Source: Eubacteriales bacterium
GTDB lineage: Bacteria > Bacillota > Clostridia > Oscillospirales > CAG-382
Assembly (NCBI GenBank): GCA_045644305.1
Contig: JAZRGS010000031.1
Coordinates: forward strand, 3,722-67,721
Reading direction: 5' to 3'
DNA: 64,000 bases
Under the pieces are notes generated by a model. The model was given only the letters and a program-made list of their open reading frames with translations. It made no database searches and had not been told where the DNA came from. Positions within the stretch are counted from its first letter, which is position 1; each line of letters opens with the position of its first letter. A program made the position numbers and the translations under genes. This document shows positions 25,947-34,696 of the stretch, piece by piece.

Positions 25947-27599
25947 TCAGTCGTCGACCTTTTCACCGATTCTCGCTTCCTTGATGCCGTTGCGGCGGCA
26001 GTATTCCTGAGCAAGAGAGCCTTCGTTACAGTAAACCACGACCTTGTCCTCGCATCCGTCGAACATACCCCAGCCCATGTCCTTGACCGAGTCGGGAATG
26101 ATAACGGTGTCAAGGCTGGTACAGCCTCTGAACGCGCAGTCGTCGATCTTGGTTACGCTATCGGGAATTTCGATTTCGTCGAGAAGCGTACAGTTGCAGA
26201 ACGCACCTTCACCGATTTCGTTAACGCTGTCGGGCATGGTGATTCTGTTAAGCTTCTTACTGTCGCAGAATGCCCAGTCGCTGATAACGGTTACGCTGTC
26301 GGGAATGTCATACTGAACCTCACGGCTGTTCGCGGGGTATGCAATAAGCGTCGATTTGTTCTTGTTGAAAAGAACGTAGTCGTTACCGTCGCGCTTGTTG
26401 GGTTCGGACTTGTAGTGCATATTCTTGGGCTCAACACGAATCGACTTCATGTTTTCACAGCCTCTGAAGGGAGCGTCGGAGATAGAGATAACCGATGCGG
26501 GAATGGTTACGTTGGTAAGCGATTTGCAGTTCTTGAACGCGCTCTTACCGATCTTGCGCAAGCCTGCGGGAAGCTCGATGGAAGCAAGGCTGATGCAGCC
26601 GTTGAACACAAGGTCGTCGATCTTGGTTACGTTCGAGGGAATTACAACCTTTTCAAGACCTACACAGTCGGAGAATGCGTTTTCACCGATAATCGTAAGT
26701 CTTTCGGGGAGCTTGATCGATTTCAAGCTCTTACAGGAGTTAAATACACCGCCGTAGAGCTCGGTAAGTCCGTCGGGAAGGGTTACGTCCTCAAGCGTTG
26801 CGCAGTTTTCAAACGCGCGCTCGCCGATCTTGATAAAATCGTTTTCAACAACAAGCTTGGTCATCGCAACACAGTCGCGATATGCGCTTTCGCCGACTCT
26901 GCCGGTCTTTGCGGGGATGCGCATTTCCTTAAGCTTGTTACAGCCTCTGAATGCCTCCTCCTCGATTTCCTCCAAGGATTCGGGAAGAGTGATGTTCTTC
27001 AATTGGGTTCTCGACTTAAATGCACCCGCACAAATTACGCGCACGCCCTCGTCAACGTCGATAGTTTCGCCGTTGTCCTCACACTTTGTAAGTCTGCCCT
27101 CGTCAAGCGTGAGTCTGTCCATCGCTTCGGCAGGAAGATCGCGCACCATCGACTTGATAAGCTTATCCATGTCGTCGGCGTTGCTGTGGTGGGTGTTGTT
27201 AAGGAGAATTTCAAACGCAGGAGGAACAGCGGTTTCGGAATCGAGGAAGATCGGATAAAGACGCTTGCCGTTTTCGCGTGCGCAGATGATTTCCATACCG
27301 CAGAAAGGCGAATTCATCGATGCATCGGATACGAAAAGCACGACAGCCGAGCAGTTTTCGATTCTCTTGCGAAGCTCATCTCTGAAGTCGTTGCCGTTTT
27401 CGCAGGATTCATCATACCAGATGCGGTACTTTCTGTCGTGCAACGCATCAAGAATGGGATAAACCTGCGCTGTATCTCTGTGAGAATAGGAAATAAACAA
27501 ATAGGGTTCGGTGCCGTTGTATGCCTCGAACTTGGTGAATACCAAAGGAAATTCATCATTTACGGTTTTGGTGGTCTTCTTAACGGTTTGATTTGCCAT
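25947..27599 (-). CDS. Cytoplasmic TIR-domain protein fused to about 12 BspA-type leucine-rich repeats
   Basis: AGGAGG lies 8 nt before the ATG at 27599. TIR motifs: YLFISYSHRD...RIWYDE...VVLFVS..S..SPFCGMEI. These are followed by repeated IP.SV..I...AF..C..L units. No signal peptide. Confidence 0.8.
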   Translation of the reverse strand: MANQTVKKTTKTVNDEFPLVFTKFEAYNGTEPYLFISYSHRDTAQVYPILDALHDRKYRIWYDESCENGNDFRDELRKRIENCSAVVLFVSDASMNSPFCGMEIICARENGKRLYPIFLDSETAVPPAFEILLNNTHHSNADDMDKLIKSMVRDLPAEAMDRLTLDEGRLTKCEDNGETIDVDEGVRVICAGAFKSRTQLKNITLPESLEEIEEEAFRGCNKLKEMRIPAKTGRVGESAYRDCVAMTKLVVENDFIKIGERAFENCATLEDVTLPDGLTELYGGVFNSCKSLKSIKLPERLTIIGENAFSDCVGLEKVVIPSNVTKIDDLVFNGCISLASIELPAGLRKIGKSAFKNCKSLTNVTIPASVISISDAPFRGCENMKSIRVEPKNMHYKSEPNKRDGNDYVLFNKNKSTLIAYPANSREVQYDIPDSVTVISDWAFCDSKKLNRITMPDSVNEIGEGAFCNCTLLDEIEIPDSVTKIDDCAFRGCTSLDTVIIPDSVKDMGWGMFDGCEDKVVVYCNEGSLAQEYCRRNGIKEARIGEKVDD

Positions 27600-27886
27600 T
27601 GCGGTAACCTCCTGAAAATTTATAAGAATGCGCCTTACGCCTTTTATTAATGATACATTATAACACTTTGCCCCTCGGTTGTCAATCAATTATAACCCTT
27701 TTTTGTCATTTTTTGTACATATTAAATACAATTCCCACGCCTTTTGCACCCTTTGTACCCCTTTAACCGCGACACAACCAACGGTAGAGCGTTTTTGCTT
27801 GACTTCAGCCGTCCCAAGTGATAAAATAAAAACAACGAACGACTGCAGGCGTTTGTTGTAAATCAATACGAAAGGAGGGGCAGTAT

Positions 27887-27946
27887 ATGATTTTTGCACT
27901 GATTATTGACAGTGCCGTATTGCTCGCCCCGAAGAAAAGCCGTTAA
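27887..27946 (+). CDS. Candidate 19-aa hydrophobic micropeptide
   Basis: GGAGGGG lies 7 nt before the ATG. Translation: MIFALIIDSAVLLAPKKSR. An imperfect hairpin follows at about 27969-28002. Confidence 0.25.
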   Translation: MIFALIIDSAVLLAPKKSR

Positions 27947-28052
27947 GGCTTTTAAAGCGAGTAATAACAACGAGGGGTCGATATTCGGCCCCCTGTTGTC
28001 ATGTTCAAAGCGTGCGGCACTCCATCAAAATTAAGGAGGAACACGCTCAAAT

Positions 28053-28256
28053 ATGATTCTGCCCATCGGCGAAAACATCAAAGCCTTAAGAATCGAAGCG
28101 GGGTTGACTCAACGCGCGCTCGCACATAAATTATGTGTCAGCATGCAAGCGGTTTCAAAATGGGAAATAGGCACTTCCTACCCCGATATCACCCTGCTCC
28201 CGCAAATCGCAAATCTGTTTTCGGTCACGGTAGATAGGCTGTTTACAGAAAAATAG
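28053..28256 (+). CDS. XRE-family helix-turn-helix regulator
   Basis: AGGAGG lies upstream, and LTQRALAHKLCVSMQAVSKWE is an HTH motif. Confidence 0.75.
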   Translation: MILPIGENIKALRIEAGLTQRALAHKLCVSMQAVSKWEIGTSYPDITLLPQIANLFSVTVDRLFTEK

Positions 28257-28314
28257 CGGTTGACGCACAAAAGCAAAATCGAGCCCTTTGAGCTCGATTT
28301 TCTTTTATTTTCTT

Positions 28315-29187
28315 TTACAAATTATGCTTTTTCTGAATATAAAGCCTGTCGGCAAGAAAATCGCGTCGGTATAAATCGTAATGCTTATCGAACTTGTTGT
28401 GATAATGATAAACAAACGCCGTTACGTCGGAAGCCGCGACGATGACGCCCGCCGCGCGAAGGAAAAATTCGTGATGATCGATCATGCGGATGTTGTCGTC
28501 GTAGCCGAGCGATTTATATTTTTCGGTTCTTATCAAAAAGCTGTTCGGCGTCTTGCCAAGAACGTAATGACGCTCGTCGATTTTGGTTTTGTGCGGAATC
28601 TTAAGCGGCTTTTCAGCCTCGCTCATATCAAAGCGAAGATATTCGGAAGCGACCGCCTCGGGAGGCAGAAGCTTAGGCGCGCTGCACGCCTGAATCGCGC
28701 ATAAATCGACGTCCTCATAGCTTTTAAGAAAGGCAAGCTGACGCTCGAGCTTCGAAAAGGGAGTCAGCAGCATATCGTCGTCGAGCCTCATCGTAAACGG
28801 CGTTTCCACCCTCTTGATAGCCTCATTCAAGCCGCGGCTGATCCCGACGTTGAAATTGAGATTGACGATCTCCAAATTCCTACCCTTGATGCGCAAAGGC
28901 CTTTTGCTGTCGTCGGCGATAATAACCCTCGCGTTGCCGTAATAGCGCCGTATGTTGCGGTAAAGCCGCTTCGCCATCGACTGACGCTCGAAGGACTTAA
29001 AAATAAAGGTCACTTCCCTCTCAACGTCGCGTCTTGCCTCCTTCGAGGGCATTTTCGCCCCCTTCAAACGCCATTTAAGCGACAAAAACCAATAAAGCGC
29101 GATATTGAATGCGCCGTATAACAGCTTAAAAAGCCCACAAAACGGCGAGTCGTATATGATTTTTCTAAGCTTTTTCAATCTTTCCAT
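28315..29187 (-). CDS. Glycosyltransferase (GT2-like)
   Basis: VIIADDS...GISRGLNEAI...RLDDDM, a DxD-type GT-A pattern. Confidence 0.5.
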   Translation of the reverse strand: MERLKKLRKIIYDSPFCGLFKLLYGAFNIALYWFLSLKWRLKGAKMPSKEARRDVEREVTFIFKSFERQSMAKRLYRNIRRYYGNARVIIADDSKRPLRIKGRNLEIVNLNFNVGISRGLNEAIKRVETPFTMRLDDDMLLTPFSKLERQLAFLKSYEDVDLCAIQACSAPKLLPPEAVASEYLRFDMSEAEKPLKIPHKTKIDERHYVLGKTPNSFLIRTEKYKSLGYDDNIRMIDHHEFFLRAAGVIVAASDVTAFVYHYHNKFDKHYDLYRRDFLADRLYIQKKHNL

Positions 29188-29209
29188 GCTTCACCGTTTT
29201 GGCTTTGAA

Positions 29210-30262
29210 TTAAATGATTTCCAAGGCGTTCGCGTCGGGAAACTCGGGATACACGTCGCACAAATTGTCCGAATACCAATAAGCAACCGACGAAATATCG
29301 TCCTGCAAGGGCAGATAACGGTTGCCGCTTCGCCAGCCGAGCGCCTGAATAGTAACCCTTAAGTCCTTTTCGAAATAAATGGGGTCTGTAATATGCCAAC
29401 GGTAAAGATTAAAATAACGCTGGCTCTTGTAAAGGCCGTCGGTTTTGCTTATCTTGTGCATCCCTGCATAGGGTGTGCAGAATTCCTTGTATTCGCCCTC
29501 GACGTCGAAATTATAGGCGCCGCAGAAGTAATCCTCTGTGCCGGTTCCGCAAATAGTCGGAAATTCGCCGTCGCCGTCGATGTAAAACTTAATTTCGCCT
29601 TCGCCCCACCAGCCGTTATTTTTCACACCCCAATTCATATAGGTGCCGACGTAATGTCCCCTGCCGGTTACGTTATCGAGAATAACGTAGGGCTCCTTAT
29701 AGGGAAGCGGATTTACGCGGCGGAATTGCGCGTGGAAATAAAGGCTGTCTCGATCAAGCTGCTTTTCCTCGCAATCGATTTGGTAATAAATATTACATTC
29801 ACCGCCGAGGTTTTCAAGCTCGATTTTGAATCCCTTGAAAAACGGCATTTCGAAATAACAGTTAAGCCCCTTCGCGGGATTTACGCACATCGCAAGGCTC
29901 GAAAGCTGACGGTATTCCCTGTAATCGGCATTGCAAAAGAAATCGGAAAGAGGACATTCGACGTTCGGCTTCGCTTGACCGTCAAAATATATGCGCAAAA
30001 TAAGCTGACGCGGTGCGAAAGCACAGTCGGTCATCCAAATATGCTTGATCGCGCCCTGACCCTTGTAGTCGGCAAGAATCAGCTTGCCAAAGGCGGGCAC
30101 CTTCAAATAGGGATTGACCTTCCAGCCCAAGCCCAGCTCGCGCGACGCTTCCGACGCCGAGCCGATTTCGGCTCTTCCCCCGCCGCCCTTTTCTCCCGTG
30201 AGATTTTCGGGACAGATCGAAAAGCTTTTGATATTCTTTTTTGTCGTCAAGCTTGAAAGCAT
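29210..30262 (-). CDS. DUF2961 / glycoside hydrolase family 172-like protein
   Basis: GQGAIKHIWMT and the overall 350-aa beta-rich composition resemble DUF2961. Confidence 0.5.
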   Translation of the reverse strand: MLSSLTTKKNIKSFSICPENLTGEKGGGGRAEIGSASEASRELGLGWKVNPYLKVPAFGKLILADYKGQGAIKHIWMTDCAFAPRQLILRIYFDGQAKPNVECPLSDFFCNADYREYRQLSSLAMCVNPAKGLNCYFEMPFFKGFKIELENLGGECNIYYQIDCEEKQLDRDSLYFHAQFRRVNPLPYKEPYVILDNVTGRGHYVGTYMNWGVKNNGWWGEGEIKFYIDGDGEFPTICGTGTEDYFCGAYNFDVEGEYKEFCTPYAGMHKISKTDGLYKSQRYFNLYRWHITDPIYFEKDLRVTIQALGWRSGNRYLPLQDDISSVAYWYSDNLCDVYPEFPDANALEII

Positions 30263-30406
30263 ATTATTTTCTCCTATTCAAAAGGATTTAAAGATGATCA
30301 TCTTAGATCCGATTGCTTAATTATACCACATTTCACCATACAATGCAATACTGTCTCAAATCTGCCGTTTTCTCACTTTTCTAATGTTTTCATTGCAAAT
30401 ACATTA

Positions 30407-30435
30407 TTGAAATCCTAAACCAATCGTGTTATACT
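30407..30435 (+). promoter_or_regulatory. Sigma-A-like promoter of the GIY-YIG cassette
   Basis: TTGAAA (30407-30412), 17-nt spacer, TATACT (30430-30435). Confidence 0.5.
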
Positions 30436-30474
30436 CATTTCATGGTATAAGTCTATGAAAGGAAAATTCCACTT

Positions 30475-31296
30475 ATGGGTGTCAAAAAGTTTTTAAAAGG
30501 TTCCTTAAAATTCGTCGGCAAGGTCGGTGGAACCGTAATATGCACAGCAACCGGAATGGCTTCTTCGGTAATCGAATACGTCGGAGGAGGCGCATCCAGT
30601 GAAGTATTAGAAAATATTGGACACACATGTAAATCCGCGAGCTTTAATGCTATTCGCAATATGTGGGGAAAAGAATCCAAGGAATATAGCCACTCGGCTG
30701 GTGATGCAGGTCGTAACAATGTAAGCGACTATCAAGCAAAGCAAGCGCGACTTGCAAGAGAAGCCAACAAAAAACTCGAAGAACAAAAGAAGCAATTAAA
30801 CACCGCTTATAAATACGGTCGGATAGATAATTCCACATACAAACAAAAATCAGAATACCTTACCGCACAAACAAATAAACTAAACACCTCTTCGAACAAT
30901 CAGGCAAAATCCGCAAAGCCGCTTTCATCAATAACGGTTGATGAATGGGATACAAAATGGAGATGCATCGGTCCCTTAAAAACGGCAAATTTAACCCCCT
31001 ACAACAGTTGCGTAGGCTTGTATCGTCATGTTATTGACGGCGAAACAAAATATGTAGGTCGTGCCATAGAGCTAAATAACGGCGGTTTCCGCAAAAGATT
31101 AAGCGATTACAGACGGGAAGGCGACAGTGCACGAAAACACACTTCGGGGCGAACCATCAACGCGCATTTGGATGAAATCACAACCTACATTTTAGTTGTC
31201 GGAAACACACAAGAAGCCGTTGCGGTCACCTGCAAACTCGAAGGCGAATTTGTAAAAAGATACAACCCCGAATGGAATAAGCAAATCAATATCTAA
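30475..31296 (+). CDS. GIY-YIG nuclease-domain protein with Gly-rich/coiled-coil N-terminal region
   Basis: C-terminal GLY-x9-YVG, then R (FRKRLSDY), then E/N (KLEGEFVKRYNPEWN). The N-terminal 180 aa are unassigned. Confidence 0.6.
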   Translation: MGVKKFLKGSLKFVGKVGGTVICTATGMASSVIEYVGGGASSEVLENIGHTCKSASFNAIRNMWGKESKEYSHSAGDAGRNNVSDYQAKQARLAREANKKLEEQKKQLNTAYKYGRIDNSTYKQKSEYLTAQTNKLNTSSNNQAKSAKPLSSITVDEWDTKWRCIGPLKTANLTPYNSCVGLYRHVIDGETKYVGRAIELNNGGFRKRLSDYRREGDSARKHTSGRTINAHLDEITTYILVVGNTQEAVAVTCKLEGEFVKRYNPEWNKQINI

Positions 31297-31359
31297 ACAA
31301 ATACATCAAATCATGTTTTGCGATTTTGCGTTAAAATATTTAAAAAAGGAGGCTTGCAG

Positions 31360-31575
31360 ATGGAAAACAAAAGCACCGTCGCGCTTGAGTACAACACTCA
31401 AAACTGCGATGACATCGGAATTCTTTTTTACATCCGCTATACCTGTCCTCACTGCGGCGAAATCAACTCGGATCAAGGGTTAACGACTTACGACGACCTT
31501 TCGGGCTATTACAAGTTGCCCGCATACTGCAAAAAATGCAATAACACCTGCACCGTCCACAACCCGAATAAATAA
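31360..31575 (+). CDS. Small zinc-ribbon protein (71 aa)
   Basis: GGAGG lies 8 nt before the ATG at 31360. The CPHC...CKKC pairs form a ribbon-type motif. Confidence 0.5.
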   Translation: MENKSTVALEYNTQNCDDIGILFYIRYTCPHCGEINSDQGLTTYDDLSGYYKLPAYCKKCNNTCTVHNPNK

Positions 31576-31663
31576 TCGAATCGCTCGTTTTATCAGCATT
31601 TTCATCAATAAAAGGCTAATTATCTTTTATCGCAAAGGCAACCGCAAGGCTTAACAAAAACAG

Positions 31664-31701
31664 CAAAACCCGACAGAACTGAAAATCTGTCGGGTTTTTA
31701 A
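31664..31701. terminator. Bidirectional terminator
   Basis: acccgacag-aactgaaaat-ctgtcgggt followed by ttttt. Confidence 0.75.
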
Positions 31702-31724
31702 GTTAATGCATGAAATTTTTAGGT

Positions 31725-32366
31725 TTATTTAGTACCGAAAAGTCTATCGCCCGCATCGCCCAAGCCGGGGAGAATATAGCCGTTCTCGTTTAGGCATCTG
31801 TCAAGCGTAGAAACGTAAATACTTACGTCGGGATGCGCTTCGGCAACCTTGGTGACCCCTTCGGGCGCGCCGATTATTGCCATGAACTTGATATGCTTAC
31901 AGCCCTTGTCCTTCAAAAGCTGAATAGCATCGCAGGCGCTTCCGCCCGTCGCAAGCATCGGGTCGACGACCAAAACGAGCTTTTCCTCGATGCCGACGGG
32001 GAGCTTGCAGTAATAGGTTTCGGGCTTAAGCGTTTCCTCGTTGCGGTACATACCGATGTGACCGACCCTTGCAGAGGGGAAAAGCGCGTGGATGCCGTTA
32101 ACCATACCCAAGCCTGCGCGAAGTATCGGCACGATAACGACCGAGTTATCGGCAACGACCGTCTGCGTGCAGGTTTCGAGAGGGGTCTTGACCGTGATTT
32201 CGGTGGTAAGCACCTCGTCCTTCAAGCTTTCGTAGGTCATAAGCGTAGTGATTTCCTCGACAAGCTCGCGGAATTCCTTCATGCTGGTGCGCTCGTCGCG
32301 CAAAATCGCTATTTTATGACGAATCAGAGGATGGTTGAAAATTGTTACGTTATCAAAATTTTTCAT
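31725..32366 (-). CDS. upp: Uracil phosphoribosyltransferase
   Basis: 213 aa with VVDPMLATGGS (PRPP motif) and YI.PGLGDAGDR. Confidence 0.9.
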   Translation of the reverse strand: MKNFDNVTIFNHPLIRHKIAILRDERTSMKEFRELVEEITTLMTYESLKDEVLTTEITVKTPLETCTQTVVADNSVVIVPILRAGLGMVNGIHALFPSARVGHIGMYRNEETLKPETYYCKLPVGIEEKLVLVVDPMLATGGSACDAIQLLKDKGCKHIKFMAIIGAPEGVTKVAEAHPDVSIYVSTLDRCLNENGYILPGLGDAGDRLFGTK

Positions 32367-32376
32367 TATTTCACCT

Positions 32377-33777
32377 TTAGTCTTTGGGGTCTGCCTTTTT
32401 GACTTTATTTAAGAGGATATTTACGATAATGCCGAGAATCAACGCGCAAGCGATAGAGGTAACGGTAACCTTACCGAAGGAAACGGTCAAGCCGCCGATA
32501 CCGGGGATAAGTATAGACGAAACGACAAAGAGGTTTCTGCTTTCGTTGAGATCCACCTTCTGAATCATCTTAAGACCCGAAACCGCGATAAATCCGTAAA
32601 GTGCTACGCAAACACCGCCCATTACGCAGTTGGGGATAGAGGAAAGAAGGGTTACGAAGGGACCGAAGAAGGAAATAACCATACACATAACGGCAGTGGT
32701 GGTAATGGTAACCACCGACGCGTTACGGGTGATAGCTACGCATCCGACAGATTCGCCGTAGGTGGTGTTGGGGCATCCGCCGAAGAATGCGCCCGCGATC
32801 GAGCCTACGCCGTCACCGAGAAGGGTGCGGTGAAGACCGGGTTCCTCAAGAAGGTCCTGATCGATAATCGAAGAAAGGTTCTTGTGGTCAGCGATATGCT
32901 CTGCGAATACAACGAACGCAACCGGAACGTAAGCAACCGCGACGGTAGCAAAGAAGGCGCCGTCGATTTCCTTAACGCCCTTAATTGCTTCAAGGAAGCT
33001 GAAAGCGGGGATTTCGAATATAGTCATATCCGCGAATGCCGAGAAGTTAATAACCTGAAGAGCTATATTATCGGTCGCGATGCCGATAACGGTAAAGATC
33101 GATGCGACTGCGTAGCCGACAACGATACCGAGAACGAACGGGATAAGCTTAGCCATCTTCTTTCCGTAAACCGAGAACAAGAAAATGGAAATCAAGGTAA
33201 CGAGACCGCAAATCAATGCAACATGGGGGCTGCATCCCGAAACCAAAGCGACCTGTTCTTCGATAGCGCCGTCTACGATAACCTGATTGGTGGTTTCAAC
33301 CATAACCTTACCGACGCTTAAATCGTTAACCGCATTAACTGCAAGAGAAAGACCGATAAGCGCAACGGTGGGGCCTATAACTACGGTAGGCATAAGCTTG
33401 TTGATCCAAGCGACGCCCGCACACTTTACGATGATTGCAATAACAACGTAAACAAGACCTGCAAGTATCGCGCCGAGAATAATTCCCGCATAACCTGCGC
33501 CGGAAGAAGCTGCTCCGCCGAAAGCGGCAAGCATAGAGCCGATAAATGCGAAAGACGAGCCAAGGAAAACAGGGCTCTTAAACTTGGTGAAGAGCTGATA
33601 GATGAGCGTACCCACACCTGCGCCGAACAGCGCTGCGGACTGACTCATACCGTTGCCGATAATTGCGGGAACAAGAATGGTCGCCGCCATAATCGCAAGC
33701 AGCTGCTGAATCGCGAATATTATCAGCTGACCGAATTTAGGCTTGTCGTGGATTCCGTAAACAAGATTGTTTGCCAT
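32377..33777 (-). CDS. Uracil/xanthine (NCS2-family) permease
   Basis: Polytopic 466-aa protein with NCS2-like motifs, in an operon with upp. Confidence 0.8.
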   Translation of the reverse strand: MANNLVYGIHDKPKFGQLIIFAIQQLLAIMAATILVPAIIGNGMSQSAALFGAGVGTLIYQLFTKFKSPVFLGSSFAFIGSMLAAFGGAASSGAGYAGIILGAILAGLVYVVIAIIVKCAGVAWINKLMPTVVIGPTVALIGLSLAVNAVNDLSVGKVMVETTNQVIVDGAIEEQVALVSGCSPHVALICGLVTLISIFLFSVYGKKMAKLIPFVLGIVVGYAVASIFTVIGIATDNIALQVINFSAFADMTIFEIPAFSFLEAIKGVKEIDGAFFATVAVAYVPVAFVVFAEHIADHKNLSSIIDQDLLEEPGLHRTLLGDGVGSIAGAFFGGCPNTTYGESVGCVAITRNASVVTITTTAVMCMVISFFGPFVTLLSSIPNCVMGGVCVALYGFIAVSGLKMIQKVDLNESRNLFVVSSILIPGIGGLTVSFGKVTVTSIACALILGIIVNILLNKVKKADPKD

Positions 33778-33877
33778 TTTTTATCTCCTGTCGCTTATTT
33801 TTTTAATGACCCATCGGTCATCCTCTTCATTGTACCACAAAATAAAAAAATGTCAACTTTTGTCGCATAATCCCATA

Positions 33878-33906
33878 TTGACAAATTTCGCGCCGTGTGC
33901 TATACT
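33878..33906 (+). promoter_or_regulatory. Sigma-A promoter
   Basis: TTGACA (33878-33883), 17-nt spacer, TATACT (33901-33906). Confidence 0.65.
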
Positions 33907-33924
33907 GACCGCAAGACAAAAGAA

Positions 33925-34140
33925 TAAACGCAGGTCATCGAACACGTTCGTTGTCCGTCATGCCGAAATCGGTATGTCGGGGGATAAGGAAATCGCGGTG
34001 AAAGTCCGCGGCAACAGCCATTACCGTAACTCTTAATAAGTCAAGTCGGAATGCTTATCGGCCTGTGACGCATAAAGGTCTCTTGGGCAAATTGGGGAGA
34101 CGGCGCAGATAAGGTTAGTGCTTCGGATGTGATCGCTCTG
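33925..34140 (+). promoter_or_regulatory. Probable cobalamin riboswitch
   Basis: gggataaggaaatcgcggtgaaagtccgcggc...gccattaccgtaa resembles the GGGAA..GGTGAAA.TCC...GCCACTG core. Downstream genes are a DUF4430 lipoprotein and an ECF S component. Confidence 0.55.
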
Positions 34141-34236
34141 GCTTTTTTCGGTATGGCAGGATACCGTTTTTTGTGCAGTACCCCAATGAAGGGTACTTTT
34201 ATTTTATCCTTTTGCAAAAATGAAAGGATCAAAAAA

Positions 34237-34662
34237 ATGCAAAAACTCAAATCATCAATCTCTGTCTTACTCGCAATCATCTTCCTCTTCTCGCTTACCG
34301 CCTGCGGCAAAACCGTCGATAAAGAGGGCTTGTGGGAAAACGCAACCTACCGCAAGGACACCTCCTTTGGCAAAGGAGAAAAAACCATCGAGGTCGAGGT
34401 AAAGGCTGGCGAGGATTCGGTCACCTTTACGATCAAAACCGACAAAAAAACCGTCGGCGAAGCCCTTATCGAGCATGACCTCATCTCGGGCGACGAGGGT
34501 CCTTTTGGACTTTACGTTAAGGTCGTCAACGGAATCACAGCCGATTTCGACGTCGATCAAAGCTATTGGGGCTTCTATATTGACGGCGAGCTCTCGATGA
34601 CCGGCGTTGATACAACCGAAATCAAAGAAGGCGCTAAATATCTGCTTGAATACACAAAATAA
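34237..34662 (+). CDS. DUF4430-domain lipoprotein (transcobalamin-like fold)
   Basis: Lipobox LTAC. The C-terminus YWGFYIDGE....G.....I..G is typical of DUF4430. Start taken at the ATG at 34237. Confidence 0.65.
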   Translation: MQKLKSSISVLLAIIFLFSLTACGKTVDKEGLWENATYRKDTSFGKGEKTIEVEVKAGEDSVTFTIKTDKKTVGEALIEHDLISGDEGPFGLYVKVVNGITADFDVDQSYWGFYIDGELSMTGVDTTEIKEGAKYLLEYTK

Positions 34663-34696
34663 TTTCACGACAAACAAACGAAACGGCAAATTAAGC

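Noticed and set aside
25911-27650. Very long antisense ORFs. Examples: 25911..27650 + (579 aa), 37492..39096 + (534 aa), 7350..8975 + (541 aa), 54356..55855 + (499 aa), 57572..58852 - (426 aa), 4150..5394 +, 1408..2640 +, 19511..20419 + and 24892..25866 +.
   Set aside because: Each lies exactly opposite a gene with clear family motifs. Their translations are low-complexity (V/A/G/R/D-rich) with no recognisable domains or SD sequences. Stop-poor antisense frames are an expected by-product of the sense codon usage.
33778-33880. PyrR-type attenuator upstream of the uracil permease-upp operon.
   Set aside because: A TTGACA/TACAAT promoter and a small hairpin (atgacc-gat-gggtcat) are present. There is no ARUCCAGAGAGGYU PyrR box and no terminator/antiterminator pair.
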